Of a DNA stretch of 64,000 nucleotides, positions 45,838-55,520 are shown piece by piece. A model generated the notes under the pieces. It saw only the letters and a list, made by a program, of their open reading frames with translations. It was not told the origin of the DNA and made no database searches. Source of the stretch: Deltaproteobacteria bacterium (GTDB taxonomy: Bacteria > Desulfobacterota > GWC2-55-46 > UBA9637); the NCBI GenBank assembly GCA_016214995.1, contig JACRML010000058.1, positions 4,194 to 68,193 of the forward strand. The letters run 5' to 3'. How positions within the stretch are numbered: the first letter of the stretch is position 1; each line of letters starts with the position of its first letter. Both the position numbers and the translations under genes were made by a program.

Positions 45838-47211
45838 TTAATCAACAAGGTATCCTCCTGTGACAGTCTGGATACTTCTGCAAACTACCCCCACAATTCT
45901 TTTAATGTCTTCTTTTGTTATGCTCAACGGCGGCATTATTACAATAGTGTCGCCGAGCGGTCTTATAATAAGACCATGTTTTCTTGTCTCCACGCAAACT
46001 TTATAGCCGACCCTTTCTTCCGTCTGAAAAGGCTCTTTTGTTCTTTTATTCCTGACCAACTCTATGCCGACAATAAGCCCCTTCTGCCGCACATCGCCCA
46101 CATGGGGCAGGGCTTTAAAACCTTCCAACAACCCAGATAATAATACAATCTTCGGTTTAAGTTTTTGTATGGTTCTTTCTTTTTTAAATATGTTTAGATT
46201 GGCTATAGCTGCCGCGCATCCCAATGGATTGCCTGTATAGGTATGTCCGTGGAAAAATGTTTTAAATTCTTCGTATTTACCAAGAAATGCCTTGTAAATC
46301 TTGTTTGTCGTAAGCGTTGCTGCAAGCGGCAGATAACCTCCGGTTATGCCCTTTGCAAGACAGAGAAAATCAGGGGGGACATTTTCATGCTCGCACGCAA
46401 AGAGTTTTCCGGTTCTTCCAAAACCCGTTGCAACCTCATCGGCAATGAGCAAGATATTATATTTTGTGCAGAGCCTTCTTACCTCTTTTAAAAACCCAGG
46501 GGGTGAGACAATCATACCCGCAGCCCCTTGCACAATTGGCTCAATGATGCACGCCGCTATTTCTCTGTGATATTTTTTTAAAATCTCCTCAAACTTTTTT
46601 ATGCAGGCAATCTTGCATGACGGATATTTCTTGTCTATCGGGCATCTGTAACAATACGGATAATATGCCTTGTATGTTGGAAATAACAGCGGTTTGTATT
46701 TTTCTACAAACACATCAATCTCGCCGACACTCATTGAGCCGAATGTATCGCCGTGATATGCGCCAGTGAAGGCAACAAACTTGGTTCGGGAGTTTGAGTT
46801 CAGAGTTTGGCGTTGCCTCCAGTACTGAAACGCCATTTTCAAAGCTATCTCCACAGCAGTAGAGCCGTTGTCCGAATAAAAGACCTTTGTCAAACCCTTT
46901 GGCGCAATCTTTACAAGTTTTTCGGCTAATTCAATTGAAGGCGCATTGCCAAGCCCCAAAAGTGTTGAGTGGCTTATTTTATCAACCTGTTTTTTTATCG
47001 CATCATTTATTTCTTTTTTCCTGTGGCCGTGCACATTGACCCATAGAGATGAAGTCCCGTCAAAATATTTTTTGCCATAGGTGTCAATAAGATAATTCCC
47101 CTTGCCCGTTTCAATGATGATAGGTGTTTCCCTTTCCCATTCCCTCATCTGCGTGAACGGATGCCAGAGGTGTTTTTTGTCAATGGTGTCAAGCCTTTTA
47201 TTTTTCCGCAT
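45838..47211 (-). CDS. bioA: Adenosylmethionine-8-amino-7-oxononanoate aminotransferase
   Basis: HLWHPFTQMREWERETPI; FVAFTGAYHGDTFGSMSVG; IADEVATGFGRTGKLFACEHENVPPDFLCLAKGITGGYLPLA. Confidence 0.97.
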   Translation of the reverse strand: MRKNKRLDTIDKKHLWHPFTQMREWERETPIIIETGKGNYLIDTYGKKYFDGTSSLWVNVHGHRKKEINDAIKKQVDKISHSTLLGLGNAPSIELAEKLVKIAPKGLTKVFYSDNGSTAVEIALKMAFQYWRQRQTLNSNSRTKFVAFTGAYHGDTFGSMSVGEIDVFVEKYKPLLFPTYKAYYPYCYRCPIDKKYPSCKIACIKKFEEILKKYHREIAACIIEPIVQGAAGMIVSPPGFLKEVRRLCTKYNILLIADEVATGFGRTGKLFACEHENVPPDFLCLAKGITGGYLPLAATLTTNKIYKAFLGKYEEFKTFFHGHTYTGNPLGCAAAIANLNIFKKERTIQKLKPKIVLLSGLLEGFKALPHVGDVRQKGLIVGIELVRNKRTKEPFQTEERVGYKVCVETRKHGLIIRPLGDTIVIMPPLSITKEDIKRIVGVVCRSIQTVTGGYLVD

Positions 47212-48073
47212 GGACAAACATAACCTCATAAGTGGCATAGACATAGTTGCAGGTTGCAAGTTGCAAGTCTTGAGTCTTGAATCTATCTTTATAGATTTCT
47301 GCCATTGTCTTTAACAAAGAGCCTCTGCCAAGACTTTTATCACCATCTTTGAATGGATTGCCTGCGCCAATGGATTTCATGGTTTTTAACAATGCCCACA
47401 TATCAGGATAGGTCTTCATCATCTTCGTTGTTTCAATGGATATGTTTTTAAAGCCCACACTTTCAAGAACGGATTGGATGGCCTTCTTTTCTGAAAAATC
47501 CATAAATGGCGGCAGGCCATTTTTATTAAATTTGGCCAATGTCTTGGCATAACAATACCTTAATTCCTTCAATGTCTCTGGCCCAAGGGTAGAAAACATG
47601 AATATGCCGCCGGGTCTCAAAATCCGGTGCGCCTCTTTAAAAGACCCTTCTAAATTGCCAATCCACTGGTATGTAAGATTTGAAGCTGCGATATCAAAGG
47701 TATCATTCTTGCAAGGTAATATTTCTCCGTCAGTGGTTATAAGATGTATTTTTTTATCCCTTGCAACTTGTAACTTGCAACTCGCAACTTTGAGCATATC
47801 ATGGCTGATATCACAGCCGAATATATCTGCATCCGGAAATTTATCTGCAAGACCGTATGAAAGAAAGCCTGTGCCGCAACCGATGTCAATAATAGTGGTG
47901 AGTGATGAGTGGTGAGTGTTAAGTGGTAAGACAAAACTATTCAATAGTTCATCTGCTACTTCTTTTTGGAAAAGAGCAATGGTGTCGTACTTGATTGCGG
48001 CTTTTGAGAACGATGCTCGTATCTTGTCTTTTAATTGCCGACCCCTGAATGCTGGTTGCTGATAGCTGCTCAT
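47198..48073 (-). CDS. bioC: Malonyl-ACP O-methyltransferase BioC
   Basis: FSKAAIKYDTIALFQKEVADELL; IIDIGCGTGFLSYGLADKFP; FSTLGPETLKELR. Confidence 0.93.
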   Translation of the reverse strand: MSSYQQPAFRGRQLKDKIRASFSKAAIKYDTIALFQKEVADELLNSFVLPLNTHHSSLTTIIDIGCGTGFLSYGLADKFPDADIFGCDISHDMLKVASCKLQVARDKKIHLITTDGEILPCKNDTFDIAASNLTYQWIGNLEGSFKEAHRILRPGGIFMFSTLGPETLKELRYCYAKTLAKFNKNGLPPFMDFSEKKAIQSVLESVGFKNISIETTKMMKTYPDMWALLKTMKSIGAGNPFKDGDKSLGRGSLLKTMAEIYKDRFKTQDLQLATCNYVYATYEVMFVHAEK

Positions 48074-48951
48074 AATGTCTCTATGAAACCTTTTACAATT
48101 TTGTTGAACTCTTTCGGCCTTGTCAAAAACGGGGCATGGCCTGCGTCTTTGAATATCTCAAGCCTTGCATCAGGCAGATTCTTAGCAAGATACCTTCCGG
48201 TATCAACAGGGCAGACATTATCTTTTTCGCCGTGCATGATAAGAGCAGGAATCTTTATATCAGGAATAATATCCTTTAAATCAATTGCCAAAAGCGCCTC
48301 AAGGGATGTAACAGCGCTATCACAAAAGGGTTTCGTGCGAGGTTTTTTATAAAGCTCTATAAACCATCTTGCGTCAGGGCTTAAAAGTTCATCCTCTGTA
48401 AAATTCAATGGATAAAACCTCTCCATTGTTCCTGCAAAGTTCTTCTTCATATCCTTGAGCATCCGTTTTGCCACACCTGCAGATTGCCCAAATAGAAAAT
48501 CTCTTTTTGCAGTAAAACATGGCGATACTCCGATGAGCACTAGTCCTTTAAAGCAGCCGGGCATTTTTGCTGCTACTTCTAAAAGGGTCTGACCGCCCAG
48601 AGACCAGCCGATGCCGATAAAACCAGTGAACTGTGAATCGTGAACTGTAAACTGTAAAAGCTTTTCAACGGCAGGCTTAAGTGTTGGTTCAAACCATACA
48701 TCTGTTTCGCCGTGTCCGGGAAGGTCTATGGTAATGACCTGATGATTTTTTGAAAATTCTTCTAACTGATATTTCCATACCCTTGAATCTGTTGCCCAGC
48801 CGTGGAGGAAGAGAAGTGCGGAATCGGGGAAAGAGCGACAGGGAGAATCGGAGAAAGAAAGAATTCTCTGTTTCCCCGTTTCCCCGTTTCCCCGTTTCTC
48901 TATTTCCCGCTGTCGCTCTTTAATTTCTGTAGCTTTAAGCAAAATTAGCAA
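48070..48951 (-). CDS. bioH: Pimeloyl-ACP methyl ester carboxylesterase-like alpha/beta hydrolase
   Basis: ALLFLHGWATDSRVW; GIGWSLGGQTLLEVA; operon context. Confidence 0.85.
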   Translation of the reverse strand: MLILLKATEIKERQREIEKRGNGETGKQRILSFSDSPCRSFPDSALLFLHGWATDSRVWKYQLEEFSKNHQVITIDLPGHGETDVWFEPTLKPAVEKLLQFTVHDSQFTGFIGIGWSLGGQTLLEVAAKMPGCFKGLVLIGVSPCFTAKRDFLFGQSAGVAKRMLKDMKKNFAGTMERFYPLNFTEDELLSPDARWFIELYKKPRTKPFCDSAVTSLEALLAIDLKDIIPDIKIPALIMHGEKDNVCPVDTGRYLAKNLPDARLEIFKDAGHAPFLTRPKEFNKIVKGFIETL

Positions 48952-50137
48952 CCGTTTCCTTTATGGTTTCCAGTGCATATTCCAAATCGTCCCATGAGTG
49001 GTTTGCCATCAGGGTAATTCTCAGCCTGCTTGTATTGTCTGGAACTGTTGGCGGTCTTATGGCCTGAACAAATATCCCTTTATCCAGAAGGTTCTTGCTT
49101 ATCTGAACTGCCTTGTCAGCCTTGCCAATCAATACGGGAATAATCTGTGTTTCTGAATTCATAATATCAAGGCCTGCGTTTTTAAGGCCGTCCCTAAAGA
49201 ACTTAACCCTATCCCATAAATTCTGTCTTAACTGCGGTTCATTTTCTATTATATCTATTGCAGCAATGCTCGCTGCGCATACAGACGGAGGAAGGCTTGT
49301 GGTATAGATAAAAGAGCGGGCTTTATTTATGAGATAGTCTATAAGTTTTTTACTGCCCGCTGCATAAGCTCCGAAACAGCCCAGCGCCTTTCCGAGTGTT
49401 CCCATCTGGATTATGCTTGTCCCGTTATGTCTTAAAACGGGATTTGGATTATCTATGCCAAAATGCTCTAATGTTCCTTTGCCATTGCTGCCAAGAACCC
49501 CTGTTGCATGGGCATCGTCAACCATGAGCATACAACCATATCTATCTGCCAGTTCTGAAAGTTCTTTTAAGGGGGCGATGTCTCCGTCCATGCTGAAAAT
49601 GCCGTCGGTAATGATGAGTTTGGAGTTTGGAGTTCGGAGTTCGGAGTTCTTTTTCAGGAGACCTTCCAGCGCATTTACATCGCCATGTGGATACCGCTTA
49701 ACCTCTGCCCTGCTCAGGATGCAGGCATCCACAATTGAGGCATGGTTTAATTTATCTGAAAATATTAAATCGCCTCTGCCAGCAAGGGCTGTAATAATTC
49801 CGATATTTGCATGATAGCCTGAATTGAATACAAGTGCTGCCTCTGTGCCTTTGAATCTGGCAAGCCTTTGTTCAAGCTCATTATGAGGCTCCATATTGCC
49901 TGATACAAGTCTTGATGCGCCAGAGCCAAAACCATATTTTTCAATGGCCAAGATTGCAGCCTCTTTTATTTTTGGATGGTTGGCAAGTCCGAGATAGTTG
50001 TTAGAGCAGAGGAGGATAACATCTTTACCATCTATATTTACCCTCGGCTCCTGCTTTCTTTCTATAAGACGCAGATTGCGATAGAGACCGGCATTTTTGA
50101 GCCGAGATAGTTCTTTGTCTATAAGATTTGTCAACAT
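48935..50137 (-). CDS. bioF: 8-amino-7-oxononanoate synthase
   Basis: LLCSNNYLGLANHPKIKEAAI; YGFGSGASRLVSGN; DDAHATGVLGSNGKGTLEHFG. Confidence 0.96.
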   Translation of the reverse strand: MLTNLIDKELSRLKNAGLYRNLRLIERKQEPRVNIDGKDVILLCSNNYLGLANHPKIKEAAILAIEKYGFGSGASRLVSGNMEPHNELEQRLARFKGTEAALVFNSGYHANIGIITALAGRGDLIFSDKLNHASIVDACILSRAEVKRYPHGDVNALEGLLKKNSELRTPNSKLIITDGIFSMDGDIAPLKELSELADRYGCMLMVDDAHATGVLGSNGKGTLEHFGIDNPNPVLRHNGTSIIQMGTLGKALGCFGAYAAGSKKLIDYLINKARSFIYTTSLPPSVCAASIAAIDIIENEPQLRQNLWDRVKFFRDGLKNAGLDIMNSETQIIPVLIGKADKAVQISKNLLDKGIFVQAIRPPTVPDNTSRLRITLMANHSWDDLEYALETIKETVANFA

Positions 50138-50214
50138 TGTAGAAAAGTGTTAAAGTGTCAAAATATCGGAGTAAAACTTTGACTCTACGACACTTTGATG
50201 CTCTGATACTTCTT

Positions 50215-51198
50215 CTATCTTTTTGGCGTCAACCCCAAATCCTTCACCATCTGTAAATCCTCTTCCGGCGGTCTCCCCAGAGTTGTGAGATAATTCCCGA
50301 TCATCATGCCATTTGCGCCTGCTGCAAATATCAGACATTGCATGTCTCTGAGATTAGCCTGTCTTCCGCCGCAGATGACGATATCCTTTGCCGGAAGCAT
50401 AAAACGAAAAAGTGCAATTATTTTGAGGCATTCTATTGGGGTTAAATTGTTTGCATTTTCCAGAGGTGTCCCCGGCCTTGGATTTAAGAAATTTATGGGA
50501 ATGGAATCAACATCCAGCCCCCGAAGGGTCGTTGCCAGTTCTACCCTCTGTTCTCGTGATTCGCCGAGGCCAAACACTCCGCCGCAGCATGTATAAAGCC
50601 CAAGCCTTTTGGCTGTTCTTACGGTGTTGACATCTTCTTCATAATCATGGGTTGTGCATATATTGGGGAAAAAGCTTCTGGCTGTTTCAAGATTGTGGTG
50701 GTAGCTTTGAAGGCCTGCGTCTTTTAGTTTCTGCAGGGTTTCGGCATTCATAATGCCAAGAGAGGCGCATCTTTCCACAGGCATTTCATTTTTCATGTTT
50801 TTAAGCGCCTCAATAAGTACAGCAACATCACTGTCTTTATTGACTGATGTGCCGCTGGTTACAATAGAAAACTCCCTTGCGCCGTTCAGTGAAGCAGCCT
50901 TTGCTGTCTCAACAATCTTTTGAGGCTCTGTCATTGGATATGTCTTAACGCCTGTATCATAATGAACAGACTGGCTGCAAAAGGTGCAGTTCTCTGCACA
51001 AAGCCCGCTCTTTGCATTTATTATGGAGCAGAGATTTACCTCATTGCCTTTGAAAAACTTGCGAACCTTTTCGCTGGAGGCAAGGATATCAAAGAAGTGG
51101 CTAACCGGCAGATTTATCAGCTCACACCCTTCATCATAGGAAAGGCCTTCTCCTTTCAGGGCCTTCTCCTCAAACCGCTTTATAGTTGCTCTAATCAT
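50215..51198 (-). CDS. bioB: Biotin synthase
   Basis: INAKSGLCAENCTFCSQSVHYDTGVKTYPM; start MIRATIKRFEEKAL at 51198. Confidence 0.97.
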   Translation of the reverse strand: MIRATIKRFEEKALKGEGLSYDEGCELINLPVSHFFDILASSEKVRKFFKGNEVNLCSIINAKSGLCAENCTFCSQSVHYDTGVKTYPMTEPQKIVETAKAASLNGAREFSIVTSGTSVNKDSDVAVLIEALKNMKNEMPVERCASLGIMNAETLQKLKDAGLQSYHHNLETARSFFPNICTTHDYEEDVNTVRTAKRLGLYTCCGGVFGLGESREQRVELATTLRGLDVDSIPINFLNPRPGTPLENANNLTPIECLKIIALFRFMLPAKDIVICGGRQANLRDMQCLIFAAGANGMMIGNYLTTLGRPPEEDLQMVKDLGLTPKR

Positions 51199-51229
51199 AG
51201 CGAATTTTAATAACATACGGCCGAAGGTA

Positions 51230-51262
51230 TTGTCAACCAATATAAGTATATATGGTTGACAA
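51230..51262. promoter_or_regulatory. BirA-type biotin operator between bioB and nadB
   Basis: TTGTCAACC-N15-GGTTGACAA, perfect 9-bp arms (10 bp with flanking A/T), 32 nt upstream of the bioB start. Confidence 0.8.
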
Positions 51263-51307
51263 TGTGGGTGGTTGACATTTTTATTATAATATCTTACGCT
51301 TTTGAAC

Positions 51308-52897
51308 ATGGAAGTAAAATCAGACTTTCTTGTCATAGGAAGCGGGATAGCAGGCCTAAGTTTTGCGCTAAAGGCTGCAAAATTTGGAACTGTCTCTCTG
51401 GTTACAAAACGGGAAGAACGGGAATCCGCCACCTTCTATGCCCAGGGAGGCATAGCATCAGTTCTTAGCGCCGAGGATAGTTTTGAAGCCCATATAAAGG
51501 ATACTATAAAGGCAGGCGCCGGCCTGTGTCATCCCGCTATTGTTGAAATGGTGGTAAAAGACGGCCCAAGCCGGACATTAGAGCTGATGGAACTCGGCGC
51601 GCATTTTACCAAAAGGGTGGTAAATAACGTAGAAGAGTTAGACCTTGGAAAAGAAGGCGGCCATTCAAAGCGGCGGATAGTTCATGCAAAAGATATGACA
51701 GGTCAGGAGATAGAGGAAGCGCTTTTAAAAGCCGCTAAAGCCGAGAAAAATATCACCATCTATGAAAATCACATTGCAATAGATCTGATAACCCATTCCA
51801 AATTCGTGGAAAAGCTGAACGGCGATACCTGCTGGGGCGCTTATATACTGAATAAAAAGAGCGGCGATGTCCACACATTTTTAGCCAAGGGCACAATCCT
51901 TGCCACCGGCGGGGCAGGAAAGGTTTATCTGTTTACCAGCAATCCCGATATTGCAACAGGAGACGGCATTGCAATGGCACGCAGGGCAGGCGCAAGCATA
52001 GCGAATATGGAATTCATTCAATTCCACCCGACCTGCCTGTATCATTCCAAAGCCAAAAGCTTTCTAATTTCTGAGGCAGTAAGAGGCGAAGGCGGCATCT
52101 TAAGGCTAAAAGACGGGACACCATTCATGGCAAATTATCATCCTATGAAAGATCTGGCCCCGCGGGATATTGTTGCGCGGGCTATTGACTTTGAGCTTAA
52201 AAAAAGCGGCGCCGACTGCGTTTATCTGGACATAACACATAAAGACCCTGCATTTATAAAAACACGATTCCCAAACCTATATGAAAAGTGCCTTTGCTTT
52301 GGTTTTGATATGACAAAAGAACCTATCCCGGTGGTTCCTGCTGCGCATTATATCTGCGGAGGGGTTTTGACAAATGATTGCGGCGAAAGTTCAATTAAAA
52401 GGCTCTTTGCCATCGGTGAAACGGCCTGCACAGGTCTGCATGGAGCCAACCGCCTGGCATCCAACTCACTTTTGGAAGCGATTGTTTTTGCAAACAGGAC
52501 GTGCATCAAGGCAAAAGAGCTTGCTGCCAAAGATGCCGCAATTCCAGGAATACCGGCATGGCAGACAGGTGGAGCAGTCAACAGCGACGAGGCTGTTATC
52601 ATCTCGCAAAACTGGGATGAGGTAAGGCGGTTTATGTGGAATTATGTCGGCATAGCCCGTTCAAATAAAAGGTTAGACAGGGCGCACAGACGGATAGAAA
52701 ATCTCAAAGCCGAAATAAACGAATATTACTGGAATTTTACTGTAACAAGCGACCTCCTTGAGCTGAGAAATATTGCTACAGTAGCAGAGCTTATTATAAA
52801 ATGTGCTATGATGAGAAAGGAGAGCCGGGGTCTTCATTATAATATAGACTACCCGGAAACAGACGACAAAAATTGGAAAAGGGATACAATTATATGA
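51308..52897 (+). CDS. nadB: L-aspartate oxidase
   Basis: [27 protein letters not shown]; [11 protein letters not shown]; [45 protein letters not shown]. Confidence 0.96.
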   Translation: MEVKSDFLVIGSGIAGLSFALKAAKFGTVSLVTKREERESATFYAQGGIASVLSAEDSFEAHIKDTIKAGAGLCHPAIVEMVVKDGPSRTLELMELGAHFTKRVVNNVEELDLGKEGGHSKRRIVHAKDMTGQEIEEALLKAAKAEKNITIYENHIAIDLITHSKFVEKLNGDTCWGAYILNKKSGDVHTFLAKGTILATGGAGKVYLFTSNPDIATGDGIAMARRAGASIANMEFIQFHPTCLYHSKAKSFLISEAVRGEGGILRLKDGTPFMANYHPMKDLAPRDIVARAIDFELKKSGADCVYLDITHKDPAFIKTRFPNLYEKCLCFGFDMTKEPIPVVPAAHYICGGVLTNDCGESSIKRLFAIGETACTGLHGANRLASNSLLEAIVFANRTCIKAKELAAKDAAIPGIPAWQTGGAVNSDEAVIISQNWDEVRRFMWNYVGIARSNKRLDRAHRRIENLKAEINEYYWNFTVTSDLLELRNIATVAELIIKCAMMRKESRGLHYNIDYPETDDKNWKRDTII

Positions 52898-53307
52898 AGA
52901 CATTTACAGAATATCTCTACATGGAAACCAAGAAAAAGAGAGAATATATCAATGTTACAGATAAAGTAGAAGATATTGTAAAAAAGAGCGGCATTGAAGA
53001 CGGGATGGCGCTTGTGTCTGCCATGCATATAACCGCAGGGGTTTATGTAAATGACGCAGAATCAGGGCTTATTCAGGATATAGATGATTGGCTTCAGAGG
53101 CTCGCCCCGGAGGGGCTGGACTACAGACATCATAGAACAGGTGAGACCAATGGTGATGCACATTTGAAGAATCTGCTTATCGGTCATCAGATAATTATTC
53201 CCGTAACAAAAGGGCGGCTTGATTTGGGCCCCTGGCAGCAGGTCTATTATGCAGAATTTGACGGTCAGAGGAAAAAAAGGGTAGTTGTGAAGGTGATGGG
53301 GAAATAG
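52873..53307 (+). CDS. YjbQ/UPF0047 family protein
   Basis: [45 protein letters not shown]; [35 protein letters not shown]. Confidence 0.92.
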   Translation: MEKGYNYMKTFTEYLYMETKKKREYINVTDKVEDIVKKSGIEDGMALVSAMHITAGVYVNDAESGLIQDIDDWLQRLAPEGLDYRHHRTGETNGDAHLKNLLIGHQIIIPVTKGRLDLGPWQQVYYAEFDGQRKKRVVVKVMGK

Positions 53308-53309
53308 TA

Positions 53310-53478
53310 AATACAGTAGGCAGTATGCAGTAAGGAGTATGCAGTAAAAAAACAGAAGATGATAGGTTGAGAAATTGAGAAGTTAAGAATTTTCACCCTC
53401 TTGTCGTTTCAGTTTCTTATCCTCTTAACTTCTTTTCCTCTTTTCTGCCTACTGCTTACTGTCTACTGCCTACTTTTT
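53310..53478. repeat. Heptamer-type inverted repeat between yjbQ-like and Lrp-like genes (convergent)
   Basis: cagtaggcagtatgcagtaaggagtatgcagtaaa ... ctgcctactgcttactgtctactgcctact. Confidence 0.8.
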
Positions 53479-53482
53479 AAGA

Positions 53483-53716
53483 TTATTCAACCACGACATT
53501 GGTAAGGGTTTTCCTTACCCCTGCCACTCCCTGAATTTTCTTTATTACAACATCGCCCAAGACCCTGAAATTTGATGCAGTTACATAAGCAATAACATCA
53601 TAAGGGCCTGTTACGGCATGTGCCTCCCTTACGCCGCCTATATTGCTTATCTTATCTGCCGCTGACATTGACTTACCGTGTTCACATTCTATAAAGACAT
53701 AGGCTGAAACCGACAT
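53483..53716 (-). CDS. Stand-alone Lrp/AsnC ligand-binding (RAM) domain protein
   Basis: VSAYVFIECEHGKSMSAADKISNIGGVREAHAVTGPYDVIAYV. Confidence 0.92.
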   Translation of the reverse strand: MSVSAYVFIECEHGKSMSAADKISNIGGVREAHAVTGPYDVIAYVTASNFRVLGDVVIKKIQGVAGVRKTLTNVVVE

Positions 53717-54050
53717 TATATCCTCCCGTTATCCCAAAAAATGCAGTTTTCGCATCATACTGCATTCTGTGAATATCTAGTCAGGAATATATTGTAAGTC
53801 TATATCAAACCTTATCGGTTGTCAATTATTTTACCACTTCCGGTAAAACCAATTTAGAAACATTTCCAAATTGGCTAAATAGGACATTATCATTTTGACG
53901 TTACACCCTGTTATAAAATATCCTTTTATAAAGCAACAGGGTAAAGGAAAAATTGATGTTATTTGGCGGGATAAAAACCAGACATGTAAGCAGCGCAGAA
54001 ACATATGGTGTGCCCATTGCTCTGCAATGGGCCAGACATTTTAAGCTGAA

Positions 54051-54905
54051 CTAATTCTCTAAATTTGCCAACATCTTAAGTTTCTTTATATTCTTAAGCT
54101 TTGTTACAGCCTCTTTTTCTATCTGCCGTACCCTTTCTCTGCTTACACAAAGCCTGTCTCCTATCTCCTGCAGAGTTAGGGAGGGTTCTTTCATCATCCT
54201 GTTTTCTATGACATATCGTTCTTTCTTGTTCAGAGTTGAAAGGGCATTTAATATCTCGTCCTTCACAACGTTTTGTTCCTGAACAGCCAGGGCAGCATCC
54301 TCCGGGTTAAGTGACGTATCGGGAAGCATATCAAGATATGTAGTTCCTTCCTCTCCCTGATTGGTCGAAACTTGATTATCCAACGATAGGTCGCGATATT
54401 CGGCATCCTCTCCCTTTTCCCAGTCACCTGTCACCAGATTCCCGGCGCCAGTTTCAAACCTTGCGTCTGATGACTTGTGACTTGTGTCTTGTAACTTGCG
54501 ACTCTCAAGCCGATAAAAAAGTTTCTTTTTAAGGGCAGCAACACCTTTATTAACAAGATTCCAATTCTTTAGTATAAACGCCTGAATATGAGACCTTATC
54601 CACCAAACTGCATAAGTGATAAGACGGCAGCCTTTGAAAGGGTCGAATTTCTTTACCGCCTTCATAAGCCCGATATTCCCCTCTTGTATAAGGTCAGCCA
54701 GCCTGAACCCATACTCCCTGTACTCCATTGCAATCTTCACAACAAATCTTAGATTTGAGGTTATAAGCTTATGGGCAGCATCAAGGTTGTTTTGTTTTCT
54801 GAAACGGACAGCAAGCTCAAACTCCTCTTTCATTGATAGAAGCGGGAACCTGTTTGCCTGAATAAGATATGATTGAATAGAATTTAATAGTACAATCTGT
54901 GTCAT
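54051..54905 (-). CDS. RpoH-like sigma-70 family factor
   Basis: HKLITSNLRFVVKIAMEYREYGFRLADLIQEGNIGLMKAVKKFDPFKGCRLITYAVWWIRSHIQAFILKNWNLV; region 4 LTLQEIGDRLCVSRERVRQIEKEAVTKLK. Confidence 0.9.
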   Translation of the reverse strand: MTQIVLLNSIQSYLIQANRFPLLSMKEEFELAVRFRKQNNLDAAHKLITSNLRFVVKIAMEYREYGFRLADLIQEGNIGLMKAVKKFDPFKGCRLITYAVWWIRSHIQAFILKNWNLVNKGVAALKKKLFYRLESRKLQDTSHKSSDARFETGAGNLVTGDWEKGEDAEYRDLSLDNQVSTNQGEEGTTYLDMLPDTSLNPEDAALAVQEQNVVKDEILNALSTLNKKERYVIENRMMKEPSLTLQEIGDRLCVSRERVRQIEKEAVTKLKNIKKLKMLANLEN

Positions 54906-55078
54906 AATTCACACCCACTCTCAAAAAATATGAGGATAAGGTAACCAGCTAAACCTTATCATCAGTCAAAATTGAACTGAATATTGGCAAATCTTTTCAG
55001 GGGTTCTAAACATGATATGAATGAGCTAAGCAGAGAGATGGGTGGGGCAGAGGCATTGCTTTGTTCTGCCCCTCTCCT

Positions 55079-55515
<437 letters not shown>

Positions 55516-55520
55516 ATAAT

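Noticed and set aside
51199-51432. Long N-terminal extension of the bioB ORF
   Set aside because: Overlaps the BirA operator and nadB on the opposite strand; conserved BioB start is at 51198.
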